From the NCBI RefSeq assembly GCF_030144855.1, contig NC_082709.1:166160001-166224000 (forward strand): a stretch of DNA of 64,000 bases. Direction: 5' to 3'. Source of the stretch: Hypanus sabinus (taxonomy: Eukaryota). A program made the position numbers and the translations under genes. How positions within the stretch are numbered: the first letter of the stretch is position 1; every line of letters starts with the position of its first letter. Under the pieces are notes generated by a model. That model searched no databases. It saw nothing but the letters and a program-made list of their open reading frames with translations, and was not told the DNA's origin. Shown piece by piece: positions 1-13,914 of this stretch.

Positions 1-1138
1 AACAAGACAAGTGCCCATGGAAAGATACTAGCATGGATGGAGCATTGGTTGATGGGCATAAGACAAAGAGCGGGAATAAAAGGAGCTTTTCTGATTGGCT
101 GCCAGTAACTAGCGGTGTTCTGCAGGAGTTGGTGTTGGAACTGCTTCTTTTTACATTGCATATTAATGATTTCAATGACAGCACTGATGGCTTTGTGGGC
201 AAGTTTGTGGACGATACAAAGATAGGTGGAGGGACAGCTGGTGTTGAGGAAGCAAGGAAGCTGCAGAAGGAATTGGACAGACTAGGAAAATGGACAAAGA
301 AGTGACAAATGGAATACAGTTTTGGGAAGTGTATGGTCATGCACTTTGACAGAAGAAATAAAAGCACAGACTATTTTCTAAATGGGGGAAAAAAATTCAA
401 AGCTCCAAGGTGCAAAGTTACTTGGGAGTTCTTGTGCAGGATTCCCTAAAAGTTAATTTGCAGGTTAAGTTAGTGGTGAGAAAGGCAAATGTAATGTTAG
501 CACTAATTTGGAAAAGACTAGAATATAAAAGCAAGGAAATAATGCTGAGGCTTTATAAGTACTGGTGAAGCCTCATTTGGAATATTGTTAGCAATTCTGG
601 GCCTCATTTAAGAAAGGATGTGCTGAAATTGGAGAGGGTTCAGAGGTTCACAAGATTGATTCTACAAATGAAAGGCTTATCGTATGAGGAGAAACTGGCG
701 GCTCTCAGCCTTTACTTGCCAGAATTTAATAGAATGATGGGGTGGGTGGGGGGGTATTTCATTGAAACCTATCAAATGCTGAAAGGCCTAGATAGAGTGG
801 ATGTGGAGAGGATGTGTCCTATGGTGGAGAGTCTAGGACCAGAGGGCACAGCCTCAGAATAGAGGAACATTCATTTAGAACGAAGATGAGGAGGAATTTC
901 TTGAAACAGGAGGGAGGTGAATCTGTGGAACTCACTGCTACAGGTGGCTGTGGAGGCTGTGTCATTGGGTGTATTTAAGGCAGAGGTTAATAAGCTCTTG
1001 ATTAGTCAGGGCATGAAAGGTTACATGGGGAAGGCAGGAGAATGGGTTGAGGGGGAAATGGATCCACCATGATGAAATGGCGGAGCAAATTTGAAGGTTT
1101 GAATGCCCTAATTCTGCTCCTATGTCTTCAGGTCTTAG
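1..1138 (+). mobile_element. CR1-type LINE, decayed RT C-terminus plus 3' UTR (truncated by window edge)
   Basis: Broken ORFs read VTSGVLQ...KFVDDTKIGG and LERVQRFTRLI...SYEEKL. Ends in the CR1-like tail cctaattctgctcctatgtct. Confidence 0.85.
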
Positions 1139-2774
1139 GTACACTTTCATGCAATTTTATAAGAAAATTGGCTGGTTGGTTGTTCTAAGCATCTTGGAGA
1201 ATTTGCCACAGTTCTTCAGAAGACTTTTGGCTAACTCACTTAATTCTGTCTCTCCAGGTAATCCCAAACCTCGATGTTGAGATCAGGGCTTTGTAGAGGA
1301 CATACCATTTCAAATCATATTTAAAAATCTGGCGTGCCTAAGAGTTTTGCACCATAGCATTTGAAAAAGTGTGGAAAAAGATTGTTTTGAAAAAAAATGT
1401 ACAGGACAATTTTTTTTAAATATTGAGAATAATTCAGTGGGGGCAGAAGGAAGAGATAGAGCAGAATACCAACACTTAGGTAATAATTCCAGTCACATTT
1501 TAAAAACACGATTGCATCTTTCCTCATGTATCTTGTCATGAATGCCCAATGACCATCTATAATGCAGTCTATTGAACCAGTTCTGGAAGATGTTCAAGTT
1601 ACTATTCAGCACGAGGAAAGTATGAATAATCACAACAAGTAGTAACAAAGGGCAGGGTGTGTGCAGAAATCTCTACTTCCTGTTCAGACCTGCGACTTTT
1701 AGAGTTATATTGTTTCTTATTCAACAGCATTTTAGATCATTCATTCAGATCAGAAAGAGGCAGAACTGTAAACTTTGTACTGATAAGGAGATTCATGTAC
1801 ATTATCAAGGTTTGTAAATAGTTCCAGGGAAGCAACAACATATACATTAATGTTAAGTGCAGACAATCTGGCATGTTTTTCCTGCCGCAACATTTCATAA
1901 AAATCAAAGTATTTGAATAATCCCTTATCTCGATGGTCCCCTAAGGCTAAATTCTATCTCAGCCTTGAACACAACAGAAGTCTGGATATCTGCATTCTGA
2001 CTCCTGCGTAAAAGAAATTTCTTTGTTCAGCTCACAATGGCCAATGCTTTTTCTCCAGCCATAACTACTTTTAACATTCTCAACACAGGTTGGGGAAGAT
2101 GAAGAATCAACATTATGTGCAAGACAAATAAAACAATTTTTAAAAATGTGCCTTTAACGTAGATATATTTATGAGTACGTAAATCCTGACTCCAAGCATT
2201 GGAAACTTAAGTTTTCTGAACAGAAACTGTGAGTCAACAGTCCTACAGTCACCTGGCTCCATTATCTATCTGGCAGTAGTGACAGAAATATCTGCAATTA
2301 ACCTCTTCCAATGTTTACATCCAATTGCCCTTCAAGAAAACCACTTGACTCCCTTCCCATTTCTCAGCTGCATACCACCCCATAGCAACATGGGAACAGT
2401 TGCATTTTCTAACTGCTTGCTGATGATGCCCAGCTCTTTTTAACCATCACCTTTCCACTCTCCCACCGTCAATGTACGTCAGACAAGCAACTTAACAGCA
2501 GCAAACTGATCTTCAACTTAAAAGCCAAAAAAAAGAGCAAATGAACCCGCGAGTTTCCTGCGCTATTTGATGGAGATCGTGGGTGATTAATTGCAAGTTG
2601 AATACCACAATTTCATTTTATGCGAATAGCCATATATCCCCTTGCTTACCAAGACGATATCAACCTTTCTGTTAAAATATGGAAAGATTCTCTTCCTAAA
2701 ATAAAGGAATGAAAGTAAAATTCCAAAGACTCACTACCTCAATGAAACAACATGGACAACTCATTAGGATCACA

Positions 2775-2903
2775 AACAAGAGAAAATTTGCAGATGCTGG
2801 AATTCCAGGCAACACACACAAAATGCTGGAGGAACTCAACAGGCCAGGCAGCACCTATGGGAAAAAGTACAGTTGTTTTGGGCCGAGACCCTTCAGTAGG
2901 ACA
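2775..2903 (-). mobile_element. Penelope-like pseudo-LTR fragment with degenerate hammerhead
   Basis: Same family as 52100-52761 (atgctggaggaactca...ggccgagacccttc). Flanked by gatcaca direct repeats at 2768-2774 and 2904-2910. Confidence 0.7.
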
Positions 2904-3799
2904 GATCACAGATCCCTCGTTCTGATCACAGGATCTTGGTTTCAATCAATTCCCACCTCTCCCCAAAATCTAGTAGATGGAATATGGAGTCTACTTTCCT
3001 CACAAGACAGTCCATCCAATTCCAAGTATTAGCCTAGAAAAGGGAAAAATATGTCTTTTTCCATAAGCCCGGTCTCTATCTGACAGTGTGAAGCGATTTG
3101 GTGTATTTACTCATACAATAAAACTTCAGCCCATATACTTGGTGCCAATGAAAGACCACTTACTTCCACAGTTGTTACATCATATTTGTACCTGGTCAGC
3201 TCATCTGCTGTTAAAATGCTTGTCTGTATTTGCTACCTCTACCTTTTACTACTGTATTCCAATGCATTCCCAATCCCTCGTCATTCTACCCTCTGTAAAC
3301 TTGTTCTAAAGTCTGCTGCAAATGTCAAACTCCATTCACCTATTACCTTCAATACAGATTAATTCTGACGCTCAATTTTGAAAATCACTCGCCTATCTTT
3401 AAATCCTTTTGGACAGTTATTAAAATCTCTAATCTCCTCTAGTTGCATTACAGTTAACCTCAAGGGGCCAAATGACATCTTCATTCCCCCATCTAACTAA
3501 TTACTCTACCTCCTCTTTCCTGAAGAGGGCTCAGAACTAGGATGCTAGAGATTCTACAGATGTTGGGAAATGCCAAGCAACACACACAAAATGCTAGAGG
3601 AACTCAGTAGGTCTGACAGCACCTATGGAGAGGTTTTCAGGATGAGGCCCTACATCAGGTCTCAAGACTAACCAGTTTGAAATATCCGCCTTTTTTATTG
3701 ATATTTTTTGACAATGCTCCTTCCCTTCAGGTTTGAGTGAAGAGTACATGCCAAGTTAATCTTACTAACGGACAATACTTTCTTCTGTTACTCCTAAAG

Positions 3800-4580
3800 T
3801 CACCAGAAGACCATGAACCAATACTCATTGGAGGATCAGAGGAGGAAAGGGTCAGTAACTTTAAATTCCTGGGTGACTATATCACAGAGGACCTGTCCTG
3901 GACCCGTCAAATTAACGTAATTGCAAAGAAACCACAACAGCACCTCCACTTCTTTAGGCATCTGCAGAGTTTCGGCATGTAATCAAAATCCTTAACAAAC
4001 ATCTATAGATGTGTCTTGGAAAGTACATTGCCTGGCTGCATTATGGCCTGGTATGGGAACACCAATGCCTTTGCGTGGAAAGTCCTACAAAAGGTAATGG
4101 ATTTGGCCCAGAACATCACGGTAAAGCCCTCCCAACCATTGAGCACATCTACATGAAACACTGCCAATAGGACAGCAGTATCCATCAAAGATGGATCAAA
4201 GATCTTCACTACCCAAGCCATACTCTTTTCTCGCTGCTGGTACAAATGCCCCAGGACTTATACCACCAGGTTCAAAAACAGTTACTACCCCTCAACCATC
4301 AAGCTCTTGAATAAAAGAAAATTACACTCATCTATTGACATATTCCCACAACCAATGATCTCACTTGAGCACTCTATCTTGTTATTCCATGTTCTTTTTA
4401 TTTATTGCTATTTATTTATATTAACATTTGCAGTTTGTCACCTTCTTGCTCTTTCATTGATCCTGTTTACAGTTACTGTTCTATAGATTTGCTGAGTATT
4501 CCTGCAAGAAAAAGAATCTCAGGGTTGTATGTGGTGACGTGTATGTAGTCTGATAATAAAATTTACTTTGAACTTGAACT
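3800..4580 (+). mobile_element. Rex1/Babar-type LINE 3' fragment
   Basis: Reads ERVSNFKFLG..ITEDLSW..IN.IAKK. 3' tail ctttgaacttgaactt. Homologous to 15166-16346. Confidence 0.75.
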
Positions 4581-7500
4581 TTTAAAAAAAACTTATTCTT
4601 CAAAATATGTAGACATGCAAAAATGAACATCAAATTTAAAATTAATTTTTGTCCATTTGTTTCTTCATAGATGATTATAATTAAGATAAAATATGAATAC
4701 CTTTTCAGAATTCATTTTCATAATGCTGCCTGACCTGCTGAGTTTCTCCAGCATTTTGTGTGAGAATACCTCTTGCATGAACACTAAGTTCCATACGGTT
4801 ACACAGTACACACAAGGAGAGTAAATTTTTCACTGATTCTTGCCAGCAGATATTTGGATGCTGTTAAATAGCATTTCACCAATTCACTAATGTGTGATTA
4901 AATATGCCTTCAAGTGCCAATTAAAATCCCAAGATTTATCAAAGGGGTATCTTGGCTCTTTGACAGATGGAAACACAAGTCTCTGAGCATTCTTAATGAA
5001 AACAGAACGCTATCCCTTGACATTTGGTTCTGGGTGTTAAGCCTCTTCTCACTAATCCATTCCAAAAATACACATAAAAATTGAAAACATTTTTTTTGGT
5101 ATCAAAAATTGCTTCCTTATCCACGCTCTGTTTAGAAATCCATATTGCCCAGTGTAGGAATTCTCCAAAAATCCTAAGATAGATTCAACACAAACTGGCT
5201 TCTTCTAACCTTCCAGATCAACACAAGTATTTTCTCCACTGTATCCAATTTAGCATTAGACAGAGCTATGTCACACCTCATTTGAATGATCATGGATTCA
5301 ATTGTTCAACTGTTATTCAGTATTGCAGAACATCAACAAAGTTTATGTATTTTAGCCACAGTTTGGAATACATAATTTTTACCTTCTAATGTAGAAACAT
5401 AGGTGTTACCAACTTAGCCAAACACATGGTTACAGCTTTTGCACATGCCAATTTTTCTCCACCTTCCACAATATAAAAGGGCAGGTGGAAGTCTTTTAAA
5501 GGACACCATTGTCATGAAATAGAGAAGACAGCACAAATGAGGCATTAAAACAAAGTTGAATGCATTTTTGAAGCTTTCCCCAAACAATAAGGCTAATCAA
5601 AACCTCCACCCACTAACCCACCCCTCCACATCCACAACCACTACTATTTTATCATTTCCTGGTAGTCTCCTTACGTACAGAGATTCCTGTGCCTAGCGTC
5701 ACTTTACGGATATACAATCTATGCATATAAGCCATCTTATGTATTTACATTTATTTTGTCATTTTATATTATTGTGTTCCTTATCATACTGGCTTCTATT
5801 TGTGTTGCATTGGAGCCAGACTAACAATTATTTTGCTCTTCTTTACAATTGTGTACTGGGAATTACAGTAAATAATCTTAAATCTAGAACCTTGGAGGGA
5901 AACATTTGAGGGATGAGTAGTAAAGCACGGGATTTTCTTACAAACGAGATTGCCCAGCTGTCTGCCCAAAATTTTCCTTCGGCTTTAACTGAACTCGAGA
6001 TGCTGTAATATTTGGTTTTATACTTAACTGCAAAGTGAGCTCATAACAGGCCACAGAGAAGCAGCAGCAAGCTTCAGAAAATATTGGATAGGAGTTATTT
6101 TTTCTTAAATAAACTGCAACTGATTCTACAGTATTTTTCTAATGAAGGAAACATCTCAAAACTCAATTTTAAAACTTCGGACTGAAGGCTGAAGACGAAT
6201 CTCAGGGTTGTACGCTACGTACATACTTTGATAATAAATACACTTTTAACCTTTGCAACTACAAAAGGCACTTCTCCATGTTAGTTTCACATTACTGATG
6301 GAGCAAAACTTTCATATTGTTCATTCATAGTGAGAAGGCATGCCATAAAATTGAGGAACTGCAGTATACTTGTTCTATCCCCTTCCACACTCTTCAAGAT
6401 GTCACATTCTAAATTCTGGATCAAACTTGTTTGAAGAACAAAGTTAAGGAACAATACCACACTAAGGCCAAGAAGTTTGAAACTATCTTCTATATTCTTT
6501 GCGTTAGCCACACTCTTCAGCGGTACTGCTTTCATACCATTTCTTCTGAAGCAGCCCTTAGTATTGAGAGTGACTTGAATAGATTCCACTCATATGAAAG
6601 AGCTATAATTTGTTCCATACATAGTACAGAAGACATCTTTAGTATCACTGGAAGTTCTACATTAGGATAGTTAGCTTGTACACCTTTGCTTTGCAAAGGC
6701 TGAATACAAGATTCAAAATCGTTTAATGTAATTTCCAGAACACAAGTGTAAAAGAGAACAAGATAATTGTTACTCCAGATCCAATACAGCATCCTAAAAA
6801 TATGAAGAACACAATTAAAAAAACACAATAAATACAAATACGCAAGATAGTTTATATGCATAAACTGTGTGTGTCCATAAAATGACACTACACACAGGAG
6901 TGTCTGTCAACAAAGCCTCATGCTTTATTGAACAAGCCAATAAGTTGAAGCTTCACCTCCAGAAACTGTGTCTGTGTCCTTCTGCATACCTCAATGCCAG
7001 ATGAAAAACAGGCAGGTAAACAGACTAATTTTTCATCCCAAAGATATTCTCTTAACTGAAACACACTCCCTCAGCAAAGCAATACAGTACTTATGCTGCA
7101 AGGATAGCAGCAAGTCAAACATTGGCTATTTATTACTGCACTTCTCTTATTACAGTTACAGGCATTCCCGTTGATGCAGAAGATAAACCAACCACAATCT
7201 GCAGACCAGAGTAAGGAAAGAAGCCGCAAAATAAAAACATCTCCAGAAATTGTGCTAAGTACAGTATCGTGCTAATTGATTAGTTTAAAAGCAACAATAC
7301 TTTTTTTTTTGTTTTTATACAATTTACTGATGGGCATTAAAAAGGAACTTGCCAATCAGATCTTTTTCTACAACATCACCCCACCTCCATAATCTTAAAA
7401 AATGATAATGAGCGATGAGGCATTATTGCCATTGGGCCAGTTACATGGAACTGCGGTGTCCAACATCAGTCATTCACCTTTCCATCCAATGACGAAGACA

Positions 7501-7714
7501 AATGAAATAAAGACACATTTGCATCTATGGTTGTAACACCGATGGATGCATCCATCGGGTTATGGAATGGACACAGGGTTACTGCAGCTTCCCAGACAAA
7601 CCACCAACCACACATACAGCTCACACTCGGCATCCTTCTCCTCAGACTTCGGAAAGCGACCATAAGAAATCCATTACAAGCATTTAAAGACAGATTATTG
7701 CTTAAGATAACCAT

Positions 7715-8010
7715 ACGAACCTGATCTCGGCCTCCTCGAGGCAAAGCCTATATCTCAGAAACCTCTTCAGCACCTCCCTGTCCACCTTACGTTCAGCCTC
7801 CGCATGCCACTGCCAAGCCCAACCCACCGGAGTGACAGGCGTCCGCTTCGACCAATAGAAATAGAATAGCTCTGGACCCACCAATCCACTTCCAGCTGTT
7901 TCATTTATTTGCATGAACGGGAACAGAAGCGGGACTCGCCTTCCGATATGTCAATCATCGGGAAGTCGGAGAATGGTTGGGCTATGTCCGCAATTTGATG
8001 CGCACACCGT
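7715..8010 (-). promoter_or_regulatory. CpG-rich promoter and probable non-coding first exon of a minus-strand gene (TMEM50B by synteny, unconfirmed)
   Basis: Local CpG enrichment; CCAAT at 7852 and 7881; octamer ATTTGCAT 7907-7914; ETS-like cgggaagt 7959-7966; minus-strand donor candidates cag|gttcgt (7720) and aac|gtaagg (7790). No coding exon recognised in 1-7700. Confidence 0.5.
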
Positions 8011-8328
8011 GGGTTCAGGCAAATGGCAAAATGAGATGAATACACGCTATGATGTGCGGAAATTTGAGCGCTACAGAACTAAAACAACATTTTCACCCAT
8101 TTCTATACCAAATGCACCATTTCGTCCTTAGCATTCTATGTCTCGGCGATCAAGGTTCTCGTCCGGATACTTTTTAAATGTGAGAGTTTCTGTCTCTACC
8201 ACATACTCTCGAAGTGTTTTCCATATTCGACTATTCGAAAAAAAGTTCTTCCTCGGATCCTCAGCGAAGATCTTCAGGGTTTCGTCATCTCTGTTATGGG
8301 GATAAGTGTCTTACCTTTGAATCTGTGG

Positions 8329-9080
8329 GATTCATTGCCTCAAACGGTTGTGGAGGCAAAATCATTAGATCTACAGTATTTAAAGTAGAGATTGATAGGT
8401 TCTTGATCAATTAAGGAGGTCAAAGATTCCGGGGAGAAGGCAGAAGAAAGTATAATAAATCAGCCATGATCAAATGGTGGAGCAGATTCAATGGACTGAA
8501 TGAACCAATCCTGCTTCCATGAGTTATGGTATACTTTATACCATGCCCCATTCCAAAGCCTCCTCCACTCCACGGAAAACAAACTAATCCTTGTATTGCA
8601 ACAAACAATCTGTGGAGGAAGGTAGCTGGTAGAGCAGTAGGTGAAAGCCATAGAGAAGTACAGCACAGAAACAACCCTTCAGCCCATCTAGTCCATGCTG
8701 AAAACGTTTAATCTGCCTACTCCCATCGACCTGCACCGGGACCATTGCCTTCCATATCCCTACTATCCATGTAACTATCCAAAATTCTCTTAAACATTGA
8801 AATTGAGCCAGCAAGCGCTACTTTGTGCTGGCAGCTCATTCTACATTCAATCCTTTGAGTGAACTTAAACTTCTCACCTTTCACCCATGACCTCTGGTTT
8901 TAGTCCCACCAACCACAGCGGAAAATGCCTGGTTGCAGTCATACCCCTCAATTTTCAAAGGCACATTTAATGTCAGAGAAATGTATACAATATACATCCT
9001 GAAATTGTTTGAATACCTCTATCAAATCTCCTCTCAAACTCTACGCTCTACAGAAAACAGTCCTAACCTATTCAATCTAT
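8329..9080. mobile_element. Two CR1 3' fragments (about 8329-8527 plus, 8650-9080 minus)
   Basis: Similar to the CR1 3' UTRs elsewhere in the window (gagattgataggttcttgat...cagccatgatcaaatggtggagcag). Confidence 0.65.
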
Positions 9081-11582
9081 GAGAATGATTAGTGCATCAA
9101 AAGGAATGGATGGCGGCAATTGACATTTTGAGTCAAAGCCATGAAAACACCCCATTATAGCAAGTTGCTGGTGAAGTTCCTCTGCACCTTCACAATTGCA
9201 ATTACATCCAATATCCCAACTGTGGCTTAACCAATATTTTATAATGTTATACCATAATGCGGCCGTTTTTAAGTTCTGTCACCCAGTTAGGTCAGGCAAG
9301 TAAATCTCATGTCTTCTTCTCAATGCTGCCTATGATCCTTGGTCTTATACACCATTTCCTCTGTTCCTCAGTACTTCCTAGGCATTGTGTATGTCCTACT
9401 CATACTGGTCTCCCCAAAGTGCATTACTTCACACTTCAGGATTAAAATTCCATCTGCCACTGCCCAGGTCATCTTGCTAAGAGAACCATTGTCAATATTA
9501 TCTTCTATCCTGCAACTATCCTGTCGTCAGCACAACAAAGTTTTGTGCCCTCTGGAAACTTACTAATATATCCTATATCATTAACGTATGTAAAATAAAG
9601 AACTGATCCCAGCTTTCATGGCTGTGAGAAAACCACTGGTCACAAACTATCTTGAATCCCACCATAGCTATCTGCCTGCTCTAATTCCCATGTGGGATCT
9701 TGTCAAAGACCACGGTGAAGTCCAGTAGATAATATAATATGCACTGCCCTCATCAATAAATTATCTCTTCAATAATACAATCAAATTGGTCGGATTGAAT
9801 CTCCCCCTATCACAGCCATGTTGGCTATCTTAGACTAATCCTCACCTTTCCAAGCATACATTATTCCTCCCCTTCTGGTTTTGACTTTTTCATCTCAACA
9901 GCGTACTAGATCTGAAACGTACAGTATGTGCCCTGCTCACAGATTATGACTTTGGAAGTATAACTAATTAGAACCAGTGAAATTGCCATCTAATTATCAA
10001 AATAATCAGTGTAAAGCAAAATAAGTCAATAAAATAGTAATTACTGTGACTTCCCAGCACAACTTCATTGCCGATCAAAGTCAAGAAGTTGGTAATGATG
10101 TAGAACTCAATTTCAATTATGTGACGAGGATGTGCATGGAACTAGAAAAATGTCCACAAAGTTTAAAGGTAAGTTGGGATAAGAGAAGAATCCAAAAGAG
10201 TTGAGGCCACATTCGAAGCTAATTTCAGGGTAACAATCACAGATGACATCATGGAAACCAGCCTTCCTTCTATGGACTCTGTATACTTCTCACTGCCTGG
10301 GTAAAGTAGTCAGTGTAATCAAAGACCACATTTGCCAGGAATATTCTCTCTTCTCTCCTCTTCTATTGGGGAGAAGATACAAAAGCCTGAAGGCACATAC
10401 CTCCAAGCTCAAGGACAGCTTCCAAACTATCTAGTACAATAAGATGGAATCTTGACCTCACAACTTAACTTGCAATGAACTTGCATCTTATCGTTTACCT
10501 GCACTGCATTTTATCTGTAGCCGTTACACATTATTCTGCATTGTTATTGTTTATCTTGTACTACTTTAATGGATAGTGTAATGATTTGATCTGTATGGAC
10601 AGAATGCAAAATACTGTACCAGTACATGTGACGATAGTATTATTTATTTTTATTCTTTCTTACTTCTATTCTAACATTTGTATATCTGCGCACTTGTAAT
10701 GCTTTGTGACACCGGAATTTTCTTTGGGATCAATGAAGTATCTATCTATCTAATAAACCGATTCAAATGAGAAATGCAGAGGCACTCTGCCAATCAAGAA
10801 AACTACATTAATAATTTTGATTAAATACATCAGCAAAAAAACATACACAGACTTTAATTGTTGAGAATTACAAAAAACAATTTCAGAAGTGAACAAGTTC
10901 CAGAAAGAAGTGTTTATACATAGTACTATTCGTACAGCATAATGAATTCTAACTATTTCAGTATTTTGTGGTATAATGTACTTTATGCCACAAAAATTAA
11001 GGTTTTGTTAAGCCTTTACTTAACAAAACAGTAGAGGCTTCGATTTAATGATCATTACAATAAGCAAACAGCTCTTATTAAATTGACCAACATATTTTTT
11101 CGTTACATGCAGTATACTTCAGGATGGAATTATTGCACTTTAAACAACACAACAAAGAGAATTTATTGATGTGAACTTACTTGCTGAATACAGTAAACAT
11201 TCCTTGGTTTGGCAGATGGAAGAAGGATTTGAGTATGAGATAAATATGATAAAGGAAGGAAATGCTGAAACACATTTCCAGGTAAAATTTCAGATTTAGC
11301 ATAGAGCAGTACAGCACAGTACAGGCCCTTTGGCCCACAGTACTGTGCTGACCTTTCTGTGATCCTCTTTCTGCTCAAAAGGATAATTTGAAGTACCAAG
11401 ATTAAAAGTGATAGATTTTAGACAGGGTAAAGGCATAATGTGACATGGATAAAGTGGAATTAAACTAAAAATATGCCATAATCTGTGTGAATGGCCTTCT
11501 CCAAGTAATGTGCTTCTATGCTGCTAATTTAAAAAAAATAATTAAATGAATAAATTAACATTCCAATCACTACCGGCTTTCA

Positions 11583-12668
11583 CTACTTCCTCTGATTATA
11601 TTTCAGCAAATGTTTGATCCAATTCAATAAGGTGTTTTTTGTACTATTTTCCTCAGTTGATTTTCCAATAATCTCTGCAGTGGCTTTGTTTGCTTCCGTT
11701 AACATATCGTAGTTTTTCAATATGACAGCAATCTCTTTATCTGGATTAAAGTGCAGCATCTGCCTGTTCAGTAGAGGTACAATTAAATTGAATTTATCTA
11801 TCGTTTTATTAAGCTGCTTAATATCATTTCTGAATTGCTCACAGATTAGGTTCCAATGCTTTTGAGTGTGGACAGTCAGGGGCTCACCAAGCTTTTTCCT
11901 GTAACTCATCATGTCACTTCTGAGTTTCTCTATAGTTTGCTTGATTTCTTTATGCAAAGCAATCCACTCTGGTTGATACCCATTTTCTATGAGAATCCTG
12001 TTCAGATTGTGTGTCATGGGATCGATGTATGGATATTGTGCAAACTTCTGCAGTGGCTTCCCTTTACCGCTAAGGTTATCAAAGTCACCTTTGGCCATTG
12101 ACTCCTGGATGAGATCTTCCACCAACCGTTCCACTGCTTGGGTTATTTTTGTTTTTTTGCCATGTCGAATATCCATCACCATCATAGTATTTTCCAAATC
12201 CTGAGCTTGTAGTTTCTGTTTTCTGTAATCCAACACCTGGTCACTTGCACGGCCGACTCTGAACTTCCTGTACTGTTTCTCCCTCTGACTAGGTGTACCA
12301 GTACCAATGCCTTCAAAGCTCAGATACTGTCTGTGCTGAGGTGCCAGGCACTTGAATCGTTCTTCTTCTTCATCCATTCTTTGATCAGACTCTGCCTTCC
12401 TTTTCTCTGCTAAATGCTTGACAATAGCCTTGTAGGCTTCTTCGACTTGCATGAACTTTTGAGGATCAGCGCCGTCAGAGCCACTATCTGGATGATATAA
12501 TTTGGCAAGTTTGACATAGGCTTCCTTCGCTTCATCGTGGTTGCAGTTTTCCTGTATATTAAGCAAACTGTAACAGTCTTGGAGGTGTTTGCTCAATGTT
12601 CGGTGACCCGAGAGCATCCTAGCACCGCGAAGGCAAGTCATAACCCAGTTTTTCTTTGCTGTTAACAT
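11583..12668 (-). CDS. DNAJC28: DnaJ homolog subfamily C member 28 (J domain plus DUF1992-like region), single coding exon, 361 aa
   Basis: Intact ORF. J domain with HPD motif (YVKLAKLYHPDSG); APQHRQYLSFEGIG; IQESMAKGDFDNLSGKGKPL; ILIENGYQPEWI. Adjacent to GART, as in other vertebrates. Confidence 0.95.
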   Translation of the reverse strand: MLTAKKNWVMTCLRGARMLSGHRTLSKHLQDCYSLLNIQENCNHDEAKEAYVKLAKLYHPDSGSDGADPQKFMQVEEAYKAIVKHLAEKRKAESDQRMDEEEERFKCLAPQHRQYLSFEGIGTGTPSQREKQYRKFRVGRASDQVLDYRKQKLQAQDLENTMMVMDIRHGKKTKITQAVERLVEDLIQESMAKGDFDNLSGKGKPLQKFAQYPYIDPMTHNLNRILIENGYQPEWIALHKEIKQTIEKLRSDMMSYRKKLGEPLTVHTQKHWNLICEQFRNDIKQLNKTIDKFNLIVPLLNRQMLHFNPDKEIAVILKNYDMLTEANKATAEIIGKSTEENSTKNTLLNWIKHLLKYNQRK

Positions 12669-12859
12669 GCTCTCCCTGGAGTGACGCCTTCGATGGGAAA
12701 TACAATCACTGACAGATGTACAATCACATGCACGTTTTAATAAAACCTTTGGTAGTTAAAAAAAATCTCATTTTCTGAGGAACAGCGCGGAGTAGTGTAA
12801 CATCTGGCAAAGGAGGTGAATCGACTTGTCTTTACGTGCATTGTCTTGAGGCTGTTGGA

Positions 12860-13070
12860 TTCTTTCTGCCGTCAGCACCAAAATTAAAGTACCGTGCTCG
12901 GGACATGATATTAACAGAGCGGAACTGCAACCGGAAACCACAGGTCGAGAGGTCATCAGGACGGAAGCAAGGTTTGCCTCCTGGGAGCTGTAGTCCCGAC
13001 AAACTTCTCTCCACCCTTCGCGGCCCAGCGCGCTCAATGTGGCTGACGACGCAATGCCCCCGTGACAGAA
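12860..13070 (-). promoter_or_regulatory. CpG-rich DNAJC28 promoter with ZNF143/THAP11-type motif and ETS sites
   Basis: ctgggagctgtagt at 12981-12994 reads ACTACAGCTCCCAG on the minus strand (ACTACAnnTCCCAG). ETS cores ccggaaa at 12931 and acggaag at 12961. About 300 bp upstream of the DNAJC28 ATG. Confidence 0.7.
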
Positions 13071-13914
13071 GGGAATTACAACATTTAATTTTCAAATCCT
13101 TTCGTCAAACGTTAGGCCGCAAATTCTCCTTTAGTATTGGACTAAAAGAATTAATATTATATATGTACACACTAAGGGAGTAACAATCATTTCGTTCTCC
13201 TTTACACTTGTGCATTGACGAGTAACAATACAGAATCTTGAATCTTGAAAAAAATTTGCCGCAGAATAAACACAGAGATTTGTAATTTGGACCATAAAAC
13301 ACTTCAAATAGTACCAAAATATTTTTCTCCTGGAAGAGGCAAGACTCAATAGCAAAACGATTATTTCCAATGCACTGCAGTGCAATCTGGTTTAAAAAGA
13401 AGATTTGGCACCGATGCCCCATCAATAACTCTCAGAAACGTGAGGCAAGATATAGGGTTTTATTGGCTGGAAGAAAGAACAAGCAGCAAGTGACCACCAC
13501 ACAACATCCTGGAGAGTGAGGCCAGGGCTGTGCTCCACTCGCCGTTATACCGGGGTCTTTGGGAGGAGCCACAGGAGCAGTCAGCGGACGAGCATGTCCA
13601 GGCAGGTATATGTAGTTCACCACAGGCACTTAGCAGGAGAGATCAGACTTGAAGTGCAAGAGAACATGTAACAAATGCCCTTTACATCAAATATGACAAT
13701 CATGTAGCACGGGGCAGTGGATACCCATTTGATTCACCATGCTTATGCTAACTTCTAGAAAGAGCTGTCTAATTTGTATCATGCTGCCTCCAAGAAGTTT
13801 ATTTCTGGAGAGAGGATATTGGGCATCAACGCAAAGCAGATGCTTATTACTTTTGGTCATGGTACTCCCACAATGGTTTTGGGTTCGGGAGTTCCAGCAC
13901 TTAGTCCTCATGAC

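Noticed and set aside
6287-6888. Overlapping 79-118 aa ORFs
   Set aside because: No recognisable domain or exon structure, and partly within a LINE 3' tail; treated as chance.
7702-7914. Possible SON first coding exon
   Set aside because: No MATNIEQIFRSF-like sequence in any frame I could read.
7900-8200. snRNA-type gene suggested by the octamer motif
   Set aside because: No convincing PSE or recognisable snRNA body.
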